Part shown: positions 38,501-53,500 of the stretch, piece after piece
Layout of the letters: every line of letters begins with the position of its first letter
How positions within the stretch are numbered: position 1 is the first letter of the stretch
Assembly: GCF_018977255.1 (NCBI RefSeq)
Contig: NW_024704742.1
Coordinates: 43,154,001-43,218,000 of the forward strand
Length of the DNA: 64,000 bases
Source of the DNA: Callorhinchus milii
Taxonomy: Eukaryota
Direction: 5' to 3'
Notes under the pieces: generated by a model
Told to the model about the DNA's origin: nothing
The model's input: the letters and a program-made list of their open reading frames with translations, nothing else
Database searches by the model: none
Made by a program: the position numbers and the translations under genes

Positions 38501-41500
38501 GTATAGAATTAAAATAAGTAATCCTCACGGCTTTCTTGGAAACCAAAGTCAATAATCCATCAGGATTTTCACTCACTCTAGAATACCAAGTTCATTAGAG
38601 TTCCCACAACTACTCACATCCTTTAAAGGATAAAATATTCTTTGCTAACCTAGGCATAAAGTTTTTATAACAATATAAAGTGTACCTTGACAACAGCAGT
38701 GTTTGGTCTAATCTTGTTATTATTGGTCACGTGGGTCCGCATGCTGCCTCCGTGGCATTCGTTGTAGATAAGCTGCGAATTAGCTGGAGCCAACAAGAGC
38801 TTCTTCAGCTACAGAAATGCAACCAAGAAAAGTGAGGGGGTGGGGGGGGGGGGGGGGTGGGAGAGGGGCAGTGGGAAGAGAGAGGAAGAGAAATATTAAA
38901 ATGAACTGTTAGAGAACAAACAATCTACTTTTAAATGCACGTCTTAATAGCAGTATTTGCCATTCATGTTCGACAAATCTTTTGACTCAGAATCTACATT
39001 TTTAAACAACAAAATCAGAGAACAGTTCAGAAAGCAAAGTGTTCATTTTTTAAAAAAAAGCACACTGCACGTGCACTCCATTGAAAGTGGTTAGCTTTAG
39101 CATTCCCAAGTCACTGTCCCTAAAATGCTTTAATCTCCGCTTAAATGTTTACTTTCTCAGTGGACTCAATTTAAAAATCCCAAACTTTATTTTGATTACA
39201 TCGTACCCATGCAGCGGGTAGCCAGAGGCTCATCCAATTCTTGTAAACAGTAGGAAGGATTCTTACTAGAGATGGCTCTTCAGCCTCTGGGGTTGGAGGG
39301 GTGCCGTCAGGCATTGAGGGAGGGCTGGGATCATTGACATTGGTCACATCCCCATCTGTCAGTGCATCAAATGAAGGCAATCCATCCTCATCCACTGGGA
39401 TACTGTCCAGAGTCTCCGTGAGTGCAGCTAGCAAATTAGCTTCATTTTCTTCATCTATCTTCTGTGGGGAAAAAAAGGGGATATTTTAATTTTTACTGCA
39501 GGAAAATTAATCTGTGGGGGTGGGGGGAGGGGAGGGGGGGAATGCCAATTTAACCAAGAAAATCATAAGAAATGGAACAACGAAGCAAGTAAGAGACTCT
39601 AGATTGACATGTTTAACTCATTTTCGTTTAATACGCATCTATTATTTCCCCCAAAATAAAATTAGTCACTCCATCACTGTGTGCACATTGCTGTACACAA
39701 ATGGGCTGTGCATTCACCCACAAACTAGACACAGCCACATCAGTATATCCCATGAATATACTGATCTCAAAGCGTCTCATCCTATGTAATAAGAATTACA
39801 TAGACATAAGAATGACATAATCCGTTTTAAAATCAGAATGCTCGGAGGAAGGGGTCAGGACACTGCCACCAGTGGCCAGTCAAGTTATCGCAACAGGTTC
39901 AGCACGAGCCTTTTGAAAGATCACACGAAACACCATTTACTGTGGCGGTCGTTAGCACCAAAACACTAGAGTTAATTAAATGAAGGAATGCGTTAAAGAA
40001 TACTGCACATTTTACCCCATTATATGGAAGTCAAAGCTCTCTCACACACTTTCTACCAATATCCTACATAAAGATATTGATAAAGGGTGAAGCTTCACTG
40101 CTCAGTACAGTTACCAACCTTGCCAGTGTCCACTTAGGATAAGCAAATCTTATTATGTGTGAGCAGTGGAATTTTGTGCCCAGTGAGGGGGCAGGGAGCA
40201 TGAGAGGGATAGAAATCACAATGCAATTTTTTTTCCAAGTCCAGTAATAGGACATGTGTGTAAAATTAAACAAAGTAAGATTAGTATGAAGTGAGAACTA
40301 CTGTTACATAACAGACTGTAGCATGCCATCATACTGCAGAGTAAATTGTCGAGAACTTCTCCTTAAGCACAGAATATAAATTAAACCAAATGGATCCAAT
40401 TTTTCAATGCAATTTTCAGATGCAAAACAGACTGACAGAACTGAATTTGAAAGATTCTGCTGAAATCAGCTGTTTAATAGGTTACCCCCAAAATTTAGGA
40501 GTCTTAAAAAGTGAACAGTGGATGTTTGTTCTCTAAAGGGATTTATGTTATCAAATCACTTGTATTTCAGGTTGTCCTTGCTTGTATAAATATTGTGTAG
40601 CTTTCTAAAAAGATATTATATCTTTTATTATCTGCAGATAACAAGCGGAATTTGCTTTAATCTGGCATTCATCTGTAGTAAAAAAACAAACCTGATTATA
40701 ATTTGATCACAATGTAAGCCATTCATGAAGGGAGCCTAATTAGTAGAACAATTTTCTTTTTGAAGCCTAATAAAGAAAAATATAAATGTATAACATTAAT
40801 CAGAGGTACTTGCCTCCATGTATATAGTGTTTTTCCTCCCAATTCTTTCCCTAAGGCAGTGAGTGAGTCATCCTGTGGTATAGTGCTTTTCATGTTTGCA
40901 ATCCATTGGGATGTTGCCCAGGTGGCCATTCTTCAAGTGTGAGAATAACCATTGAATGTCAGTAAGCTAATTGGCCATAAGGGGCATTGTGTTCAAGCCT
41001 GATCCTGTCCTCGTTGACATCTGCATGCACGAACTTTCCAGCAGGAGTCACTAAATAGCAATCAGGAATAGGACCATGGTTGAATTTTTCCCTGTCCTCC
41101 CTTAGCCCAGGGACACAGCTAACTGATATGTGGCTTAGTTCCATATTCAGCAGTGAATTTAACCACTGAACCATAGTACATTTTGGAAGATGAATAGAGA
41201 ACAAAGGATTCTGGGGATATAAACACATAGAACATTAAAGGTGAGATTACAGGTAGAGAAGGCCATTTAGGCATATGCAGAGGAAGGGTATGAGAATTGG
41301 GATTAGGATAAATAGCTTCATTGAGCAGCAAATACAGACCATTATAAGGGTTAATCTCTTTGTTCTATGGAATTTTTTTCATTGGTGCTAATTAAAAAAA
41401 GTGTCCACACTGGACTTAACCAGTGAAATAATGAGGATTCTTCACCCAAAAAAAGTGGCAACCACATCTAGAAATTGACAAAATATATGTACAAAGTTTT

Positions 41501-44500
41501 CAGCAAAATGCATTATAAAACATTACAAACAGATGTACCACGGGTGGATTTCAGCAGGACTTTGATGTGCAGAGTCCTTACATCTAAGATATACTTCAGT
41601 CCAGAAACTACATTTAGTCATTAATCGATTATTAATCCAAGGATTACAAAGATCACATGCACGCTGAAGGCAGGCATTTATAAGGATAAACATGGACTAG
41701 GTGTGACATGATTTGGGTAGATTTCTACATTAGATCCTCATTGGTTAGATTTGATGAACTAAGTGTCTTTAATCTATATAAAAGGTAATTTTGACAGTAC
41801 ACATGATTTTATCAAAGAATAGGATCAATTATATTGCATGAATAATAAATGATTGGTGTGGGTTTACAATGACACCAAAGGATTGCTGACAGGCAGCCAA
41901 ATTCAGAAACTCATTCTATAATTAGATTCAGAGTGCATATGGAAAGGGACAAGGAACCATCAAAGGTGAAGATACTCAACTGGAAGAGGGCTAATTTCAG
42001 TGAGTTAAAGGGGGACCTGGCCAAGGTGGACTGGAAAGAAAGAACAACTAAAGAGCAGTGGGAAGTCTTCAAGAATGAGATAGCTCGGAGACAGAACAAA
42101 TATATTCCTACAAAAGGGAAAAGTAGGGCATCCAAACCTCCCTGGATGACGAAGGTAATTGTGTCTAGAGTGAAGCAAAAAAAGGTGTATGACAAATGTC
42201 AAACCCAAGATACAGAAGACAACCAAACAGAGTATAGGAAGTACAGAAGAGAACTGAAAAAGAAAATAAGAGAAGCAAAAAGATTATACGAAAAAAGGTT
42301 AGCGGGTAACATTAAAGAGAATCCTAAAATATTTTACAAACATATCAAGAAAAAAAAGGTTAGTCAAAGGTAGGGTGGGGCCAATTAAGGACCAAGGGGG
42401 AAATCTTATTGTGGAGGCAGAGGGCATGGCTGACGTACAGAATGAATACTTTGCATCTATCTTCACAAAAGAAGTGGATGCACCAAATACCGCAGTATCA
42501 GAGGAGAGGGTAGAGGAAATGGATAGGATGAGTATAAACAGAAAGGAAGTACTGAAAAGGTTGACTGCGCTGAAGGTAGACAAGTCGCCCGGTCCGGACG
42601 GGATGCAGCCAAGGTTACTATGGGAGGCATGGGTTCAAATAGTGGAGGTTTTGGCTACAATTTTTCAATCTTCATTGGATACAGGGGTGGTGCCAGAGGC
42701 CTGGAGAGTGGCTAATGTTACTCCCCTGTATAAAAAGGAGCAGAAGAATAAACCTGGGAACTAAAGGCCAGTCAGCCTAACATCAGTAGTGGGGAAACTC
42801 CTGGAGACTATAATCCAGGACAGAATAAATCTTCACTTAGAAGATATGGGTTAATTAGGGACAGCCAACATGGATTTGTTAAAGGCAAATCTTCGCTAAC
42901 AAATCTAATAGAATTTTTTGATGAGGTATCGGATGAAGGTAGTGCAGTAGACGTAGTTTATATGGACTTTCAAAAGGCATTTAACAAAGTGCCACATAAA
43001 AGACTTGTAAGAAAAATAGAAGCCCATGGTATAAAAGGGACAGTGGCTGGGAGACAGAAAGCAGAGAGTTGTGGTGAACGGCTGCTTTTCTGACTGGAGG
43101 GAAGTGTACAGTGACGTCCCCCAGGGATCGGTATTGGGACCACTGCTCTTCTTAATATACATAAATGATCTGGACTTGGATATAGTAAGTACCATTTCCA
43201 AGTTTGCGGACAAAACAAAGTTAGGTAGGATAGTAAACAGTTAGAAGGATAGCAGCCAACTGCAGGAAGACATAGACAGAATGGTAAAATGGGCAGACAC
43301 ATGGCAGATGAATTTCATTGTGGAGAAATGCGAGGTAATGCATTTTGGTAGAAAGAATGAGGGGAAGCAATATAGCTAGGTAATACAATCTCAAGGGGGG
43401 TGAAGGAACAGAGAGACCTGGGGGTTCAGGTAAATGAATTCTTGAAGGTGGCAGGACAGGTAGATAAAGCTGTAAAAAGGGCATATGGGATACTAGGCTT
43501 TAAAAATAGGGGCATAGAGTGCAAGAGTCAGGAGGTTATGATTAACCTACATAAAATACTGGTTAGACCTCAGTTCTGGACACCACACTATAGGAAGGAT
43601 GTTAAGGCATTGGAAAGGGTGCAGAGGAGATTTACGAGGATGGTACCAGGAATGAGGGACCTTGATTATGAGGATGGGCTAGAGAGGCTGGGATTATTCT
43701 CATTGGAGCAGAGAAGGTTACGAGGAGACCTAATAGAGGTTTTCAAAATCATGAGGTGATTTGATAGGTTAGAAAGGGAAAAATTGTTTCCACTGGTGGG
43801 TGTGTCGGTGACTCGAGGACACAAATTCAAAATAGTATCTAAAAGAAGCAGAGGGGAGGTGAGAAGAAATTTTTTCACGCATAGGGTTGTTCGAATGTGG
43901 AACGCATTGCCTGAAAGGGTGGTGGAGGCTGATTTGATAACAACTTTTAAAAACGCGGTGGATGGGTATTCGAGGAGGTCGGGTTTGCAGGGCTATGGGG
44001 AAAGGGCTGGGGAGTGGGATTGACATTACATTGCTCTTTTCAAAGAGCCGGCACAAACTCGATGGGCCGAACGGCCTCTTTTTGTGCTGTACGATTCTAT
44101 GAATTGGTGATATCCAATCTTCCATTTCCTAGATCTGGATGTTCAAATGAAAAAAAGCAAAACCCCCTGAGATCTCTCATCCCGGAACTCTTTGAGGAAA
44201 GTTGACAAAAAACAACATAAAAAGGGATAAAAAATACCCCTGCTCTCCAAAACTTTAATACCCTCCTTAAGCTATGCAGACGTATTTCTATGTGTTGGGC
44301 GCTGTATAAATGCAAGCTGTAAACCTGGTCTCTTAAAAATTCTTGGATTCTCAGATAGTTGATATAAGTCAAGAAAAATATAAATATATTTTAAAAAGTT
44401 GGTAAATTGTAGGAGGAAGGAAAAACTGATTGAGGTACATTTACACTACAACTAAAACTAGATTGCAGATGAATTGGGGGGGAAGGGGGTGGAAAGGAAA

Positions 44501-47500
44501 GGAGGTATTTTCCTTCTAGTCTGAATAAGATTAAAGACCTACCTGGGAATTCTATTTTAGTTAAACTCTATTTTCATAGTAGTGAATACACAGAGTGAAT
44601 ATTTTATCAATATCAAGTTTGACTTTGATAGATGATTTTCCTCTCCCATTCATATTTTGGAAATGGACGTACATTGAAATTATAACTAAAGTATATTTTT
44701 AATAGTGGATATGAATGTCTTTCCTAAATCTCTCATACAACTTTCACTGTGCTCTTTGAACTCTTATTAGTTTTCTTTTTATTACGCCATAGAGGCTAGT
44801 CAAAGGCTTTAAAACTTTCAAAGTTTATTTCGCAATACTATTAAAACAGAAAGTGCATACCATTAAATTACTTTATTCTTCGTAACAAGAAATTTGAAAT
44901 GGATTGATCAATTTGAACCTTTCTCTTGTAAACAAAGTTGAGTAAATAGAATGTACCAGAAAACGTCATTTCATTTCCCTCATGACGTGCACCTATAGAT
45001 CTTTCACAAACAGGGTCAAAATAGGTAGTTAATTAATCGTAGTTTTATCTATTAGACCTTTGTAATGTAAGACACAAAACAATTCAGAAAAAAACAGAAC
45101 ATTGGCAGATCGGGTTTATTGCCTCATACTGTCAAAGTGGCTGGTTAGGAATTCAAGGTTAGAAGTATTTTGGAACAGTGGTAGGTTTCNAAAAAATAGA
45201 GACTAGTGTTGCTTCCTCTTGGGCAATCAAAGTGATTGGGGGAAGATTTAATTTGTATCATTCAGGAATCTTTGAAAAGTATATGAAAACAACTTTTTAA
45301 AAAAGGCTAGTTTTGCATTTCCATTTGGATTCATGTGGAATTTAGATTGTGATCACTATCAAATTACAGGTTATCATTAAAATAAAGCCTGTAAATTGAT
45401 GGGCAGGTAATACTTTTAGAGAAAACAGATGTTAAGAGGAATACCCTGTGGATTAAACTGTAAAAATTGACTGTGCAAACCTAGACCACGCATCCATAAA
45501 TTTCCAAGATAAAAAGATTAATATAAATATACCTAACACTCACAATTCCATCATCATGCTCTACAGACCATAGAAAAGAATGGAGGCTACAAACACAATA
45601 GAAATGCATATGCACAGGAAAGCAAAAAGAATGACAAATTAATCTACTTTGCATGAGTGGTGCCATTTTCTTAGTGAATATGGTGTTTGATTTAGCCCAA
45701 ATTTCAGATATTCTCGAATAAATCTTAATCATCTCAATTCAGCCAGATCAGATGCAGCAATTCACCCTTATCTGTATCAATCTTTTCCTACCTCGTCTTG
45801 AAAAGCAGAAATTGGAACTATTTTCCATTAAGTGCACAAATCAATGGAGCAAAATAATAAAAAGGAGCAGATTTCGAAAATAAAATACGCAACGCAATTC
45901 CCTTGCTCTGTTATTTACATCCATATTCAGGACTGCAAGAGCCTATTTCATCTTGCTCCTTCCTTGTCACTGATTCCATGCCTCCTTGCTTCTTGTTGCA
46001 TTGCTCCAAACATTCTCTCTGCTAGACAGCAATCTATGTCATATATCTGTGATGAAGTAACTTTCTGAAGCACATTATTAATAAAACCAGGTTTATTTTC
46101 TTAATGTGAACTGCTTTTTCTCTCTTTGCATTTCAAGACCAGTACATTTGGAACCACATAGCTTAACCAGTACAAAGCATGATTAAGTTACATGGCAATG
46201 GTTTACTTTTTAAACAAATTTTAGTTTCATTACTGAAATACTGAGGGCACCGAGCATGGTAACAAGTGGATATGTAATAGAACAGTGAGCACAACCCAGA
46301 GCAGGTTAACATGGCCAAGTGGAGGAACATCTTGAGCCGGATACTCTACCGATAACTCTGTGCTATGTTAATGAGAGTTCATTAAAAGTGAATCTCTCTG
46401 TTGTGCTGGGAGCCCCTGGCTGTGATTCTGTGTGACATGTGGCTCTACACATTAAATTTAATTCTGCCTGTTCAGGTGGACATTAAACATTCCATGGCTC
46501 CATTTGAAAAAAGAAGAGATTTTCTCCCGGATTCCTGGACAATGATCGCCTCAGATAAAATTGTTCATTGACTTCATGGCTGTTTTGTGGGACATTGTTG
46601 CACGCAAAATGGCTGCCACAGGCATCTACAAAATACAGTCACTATGCTTTACAGAAAATCCCGTGAAATCGTCCCGACATGAAAGGCAGTGCTATATCAA
46701 ATGCAAGGATTATTTTTATTATTGTTGCTGAGGGCTGTCCTAGTTTTTCTATTACAACAACGAATTACAATTGTACAGCACCTTTCATGTCAGGAGGATG
46801 CCCCAAGGTGCTGGACAATCAAGGATTTACACCCCAGCTGAGATTGGGGTCAGGAGGGGTGGAGGGCAGGGAGAGTGGGAGTAGAAGAGTGACAAAAGGC
46901 ACGGTTGAAGAGGACGGTCTTGAGACGGGCTTTAAAGGAAGCAAGGGAGGGGAGGGCGAAGGGATTGTGGGACGCAGTTCCAAAGAGTGGAGGCAGAAAC
47001 ATTGAAGGCCAAACTGCCGATGTTGGGGCAGGCAGAGCAGGGGACATGGAGCAAGCTGGACCTTTCTGAGCGGAGGGATCGATATGGAGTTAGCAGGTCA
47101 CAGAAGTTGGGAGGAGCAAAGCCGTGGAGGGTTTTGAAAGGGAGGATGAGGATTTTGAACTCTATCTTCTGGGATAAAGGATAACTATCATTGTCATTAT
47201 AATCTTCCAGTTCAACTCCAGACACACATCACTACCTTATCCGTCCTCTTAGGAGGGCTTTTAAAATATGGTACTCATGTTATGGAATAAAATTAGTTAG
47301 GATGGTGTGTTCTACAGTTATTATCATTGTAAAGTAAGAGAGAATGATGCTACAATTGATTGTGTTGGTACATTTAGATTGCAGTAACCAAGTCAATTCA
47401 GATCAGTTTTGTTGGTGCTGCAACTTGCGATCATAATGAAGTTAAATAATTTGAAGCTCCCAAACTCTTCACATGCGGCAGGTCAACTTGCATGTGTCAT

Positions 47501-50500
47501 GCATGCCATGCATCTGACACGTTTGGGGCTTGAATAAGATACGACCCACTCAACCGTGCCTTCGGTCAACCTCCTTCCCCTGCTGCCCTCCACCCTACCC
47601 GATTCCAACCCTCAGCTCGGGTCCAAAACACTGATTGTCCAGCGCCTTGGGACATCCTCTCGGCGTGAAAGGTGCTATACAAATGTAATTTTGTTGTCGA
47701 ATAGAGTTCATATAATGGGTGACCTTGGAATAAGAAACTTATTCTACGATGGCCTGATCCAATAATCCACAAATAATAATAATAATAATCCTTGCATTTG
47801 ATATAGCGCTTTTCACGTCTTCTAGACGTCTCAAAGTGCTTCACAGAATATACTGTAAAGTGAATTGACTGTATATTTGTGGGTGAAACGCGGCAGCCAA
47901 CTGCGCACAGCAGTGTCCCACAAACAGCCGTGGATTGAAAATGACCAATTTATTATTGTTTTGTAGGGATTATTATTAGGCGTGTGGAATAAGGAAACTT
48001 GCCCAAAGTTTCACCCTGCCTGGAATTGAACCCCGGTATCTCGCTTGCAAGGCGAGTGCTCTAATCACTGAGCTACAGGACTCCAATATAATTGCAAATG
48101 AGTCATGGTGTAATTAAATTATCATATTGTATCATATTTGTCTACTGAATTTTTTCTCTTTCATTAACCGTATTGCAAAATATGGGACCAGTATTGTACG
48201 ACAATGATGAGCCAATGTGGTGGGCCATTTAATGATAGAAAGTGGTTTTATACATGAAGTTTACTTAGAAAACAAAACTGCAACGTACACTTCAGGGAAC
48301 ATTTTTAGTTATCAGTTCAGTAAAAATGCAATTTCGAGGTTCAGTTAGTAACCCATTATAATTTGCTTAACCTTTTCATTAATAATCCAGTTCAGTTATT
48401 GAATTTAATAATGCATTTATCTTTGCTTACACAGTGTACATTTAATGTCTTTATAATAATAACCTTTTCAAACTAGATAAAAACAAATTATAATTCTAAA
48501 TAATGTGAACAGGACAAACCGCTAAAAGATATTCTTATGCGAGACCCGATTCAGATTATGGATCCAATATCAATATTTATGGTAATAGAAACCAAAGAAT
48601 CATTGGAAATGCAGTCAATTTGGTTCACTAACAAAAGGTCATCCTATTCAATTTACACTTGATGCTGAATACCATAAAGAGAAACAAAAAATGAAAGTAA
48701 ATGATCTTATCTGCTTTTAGGCACTGTTATTCTGACTACATAAAACAATTTGCTGATTACCAAATACATTTACCTCCACTCTATGTTCCTGACCCTGCAG
48801 CAGAGATTTATACAGATTATTCTACAGGGAAACCCTGTCTTAATGTAGTCAGCTGGATCCAATATCTGTCTGAGCACATGATAAGCAAGGTCACAAAATA
48901 TGGCTGTTTTCCAGGTCACCAGGCCATCGATAACATCACTTCCTGTGCAGTGAGTTCATGCTCACCATGCATTGCTGGAATCACTTCCTTTATGTTGTGT
49001 ATGCTTGCACTGCACAAAAAGCACCACCAATTATTTCTCCACTGGAAAGTGCACATGTCTGGATGCTGGATGAAGAGGAGGATCGGGATCAGCTTTGATG
49101 CCCTCCACAATCAATCTGTCAACATTCACTCTCTAAGCTCACATATGAAGAATGACTTGAGTGAGGGACCAGTGGGCTGCTGGCTCCTGCAAGATCCAGT
49201 GCCTTGGAGAGTAGGAAACAGTGAGGAAATAGGCCAAAATAAATCCATGGTATTACTGCAACTTGCAAATTGCAGAGAAACAGAGCTGTACTAACATCAG
49301 CATGTCTATGCAAGATACTGCATGGTGTCACAATAACCTGGAAATACTTGGTTCTGCCAGCAATGAGCAAATCCCCAAAAAGCAAGGAGCTGCTTTTAAA
49401 CAGTCATTTGAAATTTCAAACTACATCATGCAAGAAAGTATCATAGCTGAGCACTTCCTTACAAATGAGGTTTGGGTTTGCCATTGATATCCAGTAGCAG
49501 ACGGAAATTATCAGACGGCTTAATGGCTTAGCTTATCTGACCGGGTTAAAGGGACCCAGAACTCAAAGGATCTTAGACTAGCTTACCCTTTGACTAAAAA
49601 TAGCACCCACAAAAGATTTATCTTGCTTCAAGCTAGCACAGTGCAATGGTAAAATACAACAGTTCATGAGTTTGAGTATTTTAACAATTGTATTTTTGGA
49701 AATTAATTTTAGTAATATTTTAAACACATTTTGTACAGGCAGATATTGTATTTTTCAAAGTAGAAACCTGATGTAAGTTGAATGTCAGTTAATTGATCAA
49801 TGATTTGAGTGACAGTAGTGTGGCTTTTTTATTTAATCACTTTTACACAGTTAAGAGAGACTTAGCTGGCGTTTGGCAAAGCAGCTGTACTGACACCAAC
49901 ATGAATTTGGATTGTGACCACATCACTCTGTCCTCTACAACAAGTGAAGGCCTTTTATTATTAGATCTCTCCTTTGTTTCCAGTCTTAGTAAATGATCAG
50001 AAATTCCTCACGTCTGCAGCGCAATGATGCCGATCGTGCTGTGGAACATGCAAATGTTGCCAAGAAGAGATAGATTGGGCAGCACACACTTTGAGGTAAG
50101 GTGGGTGTGAACGGATACATTGAACCTCAGCACTGCCAAGTAAAGTGGTAATGAATATGATGGAATGTTTGCATAACAGGATTGTGACCTGCACATTTGT
50201 ACTTTCCACATCATGTGCCTGAGAGTGGAAGACTACAGCAAGGAAAGCAGTTAAAAACTTGGTTGACACAACATTTGCTTGAGCCTGACTCAAACACCTA
50301 AGCAAAGGTTCAGTTTAAACACAAACTAATTGGTTCCTTGCAGAAGAGTATGTGAATTGCAACAGTAATTCAAAAAGGCATTTAGAAAGTAATTGTTTTG
50401 GAATACATTCTTGAAAATGTCGTGATTGAATTCCTCATTCAATAAAATCCCTATCAACTATATACTGATACAATCTAGTTAGAATAGGCTGTGATACACA

Positions 50501-53500
50501 GACAAACGTACATATTGTGATTGTTGTCTATCAATGCCCTGTGCTATGGAAAGATAGCTATGGGTTTACACATCCCATCTCTGATCTCACTTTTGTTTTC
50601 AATGAAGTTATTGGAGGTGTTGACAAATGGATGAAAAACACTTCACCAAAAGGTAGTGAGGGGGGAAAAAACCCAAGGGCAAATTAACCTGTGCTGCTCA
50701 TGCAGAACACCTACCACCTGACAACAAAGCATCATTGGCAAAGAACTGAGAGCTGGCAAGGTCATCTAATCTATTTAAAAGTTAGAAATAGTGAATGGTG
50801 TAGGGTGACCTACAAGGGGGAAAAAAAGCATACATGAAGGTGCTGACACATTGCCTTTCACTGACACTCTAGAGGTAAATAATTTTGCTAATGCAAACAA
50901 ACTTGGCATTCTGTATTCACAAAGGGATTTTCCATTTTAATTGATTGATGAGAATGGAGTAGTGCATTTTTTTATATACATTTGGAACTTGCCAGATGGA
51001 CCACAATAGTATTTTTCAGACCTGTATATTCTTAGGCTCCAAATGTTGTGCCAATTCTAAAAGGGATGTTGAACAGGGAATGTCATTTGTGATGCAGCTA
51101 AATTTTCCTCAATAACAATGGATTTATTTATATAGCATTAATAAAGCACTCTTCACGTACATAATCTTGAGTGCTTCACATTGGTGGGTTCGGATGCCAA
51201 GCAAGGGGGAAGCAAAGGTGGTCGAAGAGAAGCATGCATACCAGATGAGTTGTGTTAAAATGAAAGGTAGTTTTTCGCATTAAGCTACCAAATTCAATTA
51301 TTCTGCTTCTCTCATTAATTTAGTACCAATAAAGAGATATTCTCGACAGATCACGAGAGACAACAAGCAGGGTTTATAGTGTGAAGCTCTTTCTTAAATG
51401 AGCTCTTTCACTGCCTTATCCACCTTCCCTGGTAACCTGTTCCAGCTGTTGATTTCTATCAATGTAAAGAAACACTTTCTGGTGTTTATCCTAAAATTGC
51501 CCTTCTGGCAAAATATACTTTGGCCAAAAGAGGCAAATAATAGAATTTTGCTATTTTCCACATATAACAAACAGTAAATGTTCTAAAAGGGACAGAGACT
51601 TCATAAACAAAAATATTTTCGTGTGACGAACAAAGAAAACCCAATGAACTTGTTAATACAGTACTGTGATGTTATGCAAAAATGTCATGATGCATTTCAA
51701 TACCATTCATGCTCTTTTGTTGTGCATTTACAATCAAATCTGAGGATTATAATCTTTATCTTAAAAATAAACCATATTTTTAAAATAACTTTCATGTAGT
51801 TGTAAGGGTTTGGTGGAAGGTGACGAAAAATTGTTCTAAATACAAGCCTTAGCTGTGGTTCTTGCTGTATTAAGGTGTTGTATTTCAGAAGTAGAGTGGC
51901 ATGTACAATTATTACTAATACCGGCATATCTTTAAACTGCTGATCAGTAAACACCTCTATGGCATGTGAGTTTAATGATCCATGTGCTTTTCTTTGTTGT
52001 AAAGGTCAGACCCCCTCAGGGATAATCCTATGAAGGTTCGTAAATAATCGGACCAGCAAAAAATAAAACATTCTCACACAGCAAAGTCCATAAATGTACT
52101 GACCTTCAGAAAATTGTCCCTCTTATGTTACACACGTACTCGATGCTACCTCATGTACTGTACTTCCAAGTTCAATTTCAGTGGATGGATGGGATTGACA
52201 AATCATGCAAAATATGTCATGGAAGGCCAGTTGCTATCTCGCACCAGTTCCCAGTGTTTCATTCGCTGATCATATCTCACGAAAGTCACTGCCTCAGGCT
52301 GCACTTCTTTTTCAAGAGAGAAAATGAATTTGCAGAAAAAGTTTTGGAACTGGCTATTCTGGAAACAACCGCAGAGTAACAACATTAATATGGGTCACAA
52401 GACTAGCTAAGAAAACATCAGTGTCTTAAAATTTAGGCAAAGCCACTCTATAAAAATCTAGTAATCTTAAACGCAGAGTAAAATTAAGCGCAGTAGGAAT
52501 CAGTAACTTATGCCTGAAACACACAGGAATTGTCAAGAAGTATCAGATTGTAAAGGTAATAGTATAGTTATACAGCACAGCTTGTGCCATTTCAACATGA
52601 CTGACATGTCGAAACAATACGAGTTCTGTGGAATTCTCCAGCTGAAATCATAGAATTAACTATCAGGAATGGGAGCTCTAGCTGGTACTCAAAACCCATA
52701 CAAAATATGCAGTCACTACATGATACAATCTTTCCTGTGAAGTATGTTGGATGTCTTCCTGATGTGAAAAGCACTAAACCAAATGGAAGGATGATATTCT
52801 GGTTTTCCTTCCTCACTGAGAATAGTTGTAACACCTCATCTGCAACCTCATTTGAGATCGGCCAACCTGGCACAGAATGGATGAACCCACTGTCAATATT
52901 TCAAAAACATACATGATGTTTCCCCTCAATTTTCTTTTCTGTAATGCAAGAACATTTAATTTGCAAGTCTCTCTTCCCAATTTAAAATCCAAAGTTTCTT
53001 GTGGCTCTTCTCTGAATGCTAGCCAATGCCACAGAAACCTTGTAAAAGGTAATGGTCCAAATATTTTGGAAGTGACCTTAACAATGCAGTTAGAAAAGCT
53101 GGAATAAGTTGGTTTCATGTACAGCTAAGTGTGTTTGAGATGGAAACAAATAGTTGACTAGCTTTGTTAAGAACATGAGGGCTGATTGTATGCTGATCAC
53201 NAAAAAAAGCTGTTCTCTTATTTCTTTATTCCTTGTGGAGTCCTGTAGCTCAGTGGTTAGAGCACTTGCTTTGCAAGTGAGAGACCTGAGTTCAATTCCA
53301 GGCTGAGGGCGAAACCTTGGGCAAGTTTCCTTACTCCACACGCCTAATAATAATCCCTCCAAAACAAAACAATAATAAATTGGTCATTTTCAATCCACGA
53401 CTGTTTGTGGGACATTGCTGTGCGCAATTGGCTGCCGCGTTCGCCCACAAATATACAGCGAATTCACTTTACAGTGTGTTCTGTGAAGCGCTTTGGGACG

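Noticed and set aside
41933..44023. CR1 ORFs as an active or domesticated reverse transcriptase
   Set aside because: 5'-truncated, multiple stops and frameshifts, and the catalytic ADD is changed to ADK.
48701..49294. 197-aa plus-strand ORF
   Set aside because: No recognisable domain, overlaps an old SINE, and is antisense within intron 2.
45190..53201. Single N bases at 45190 and 53201
   Set aside because: Both sit next to A homopolymers and are assembly ambiguities, not biology.
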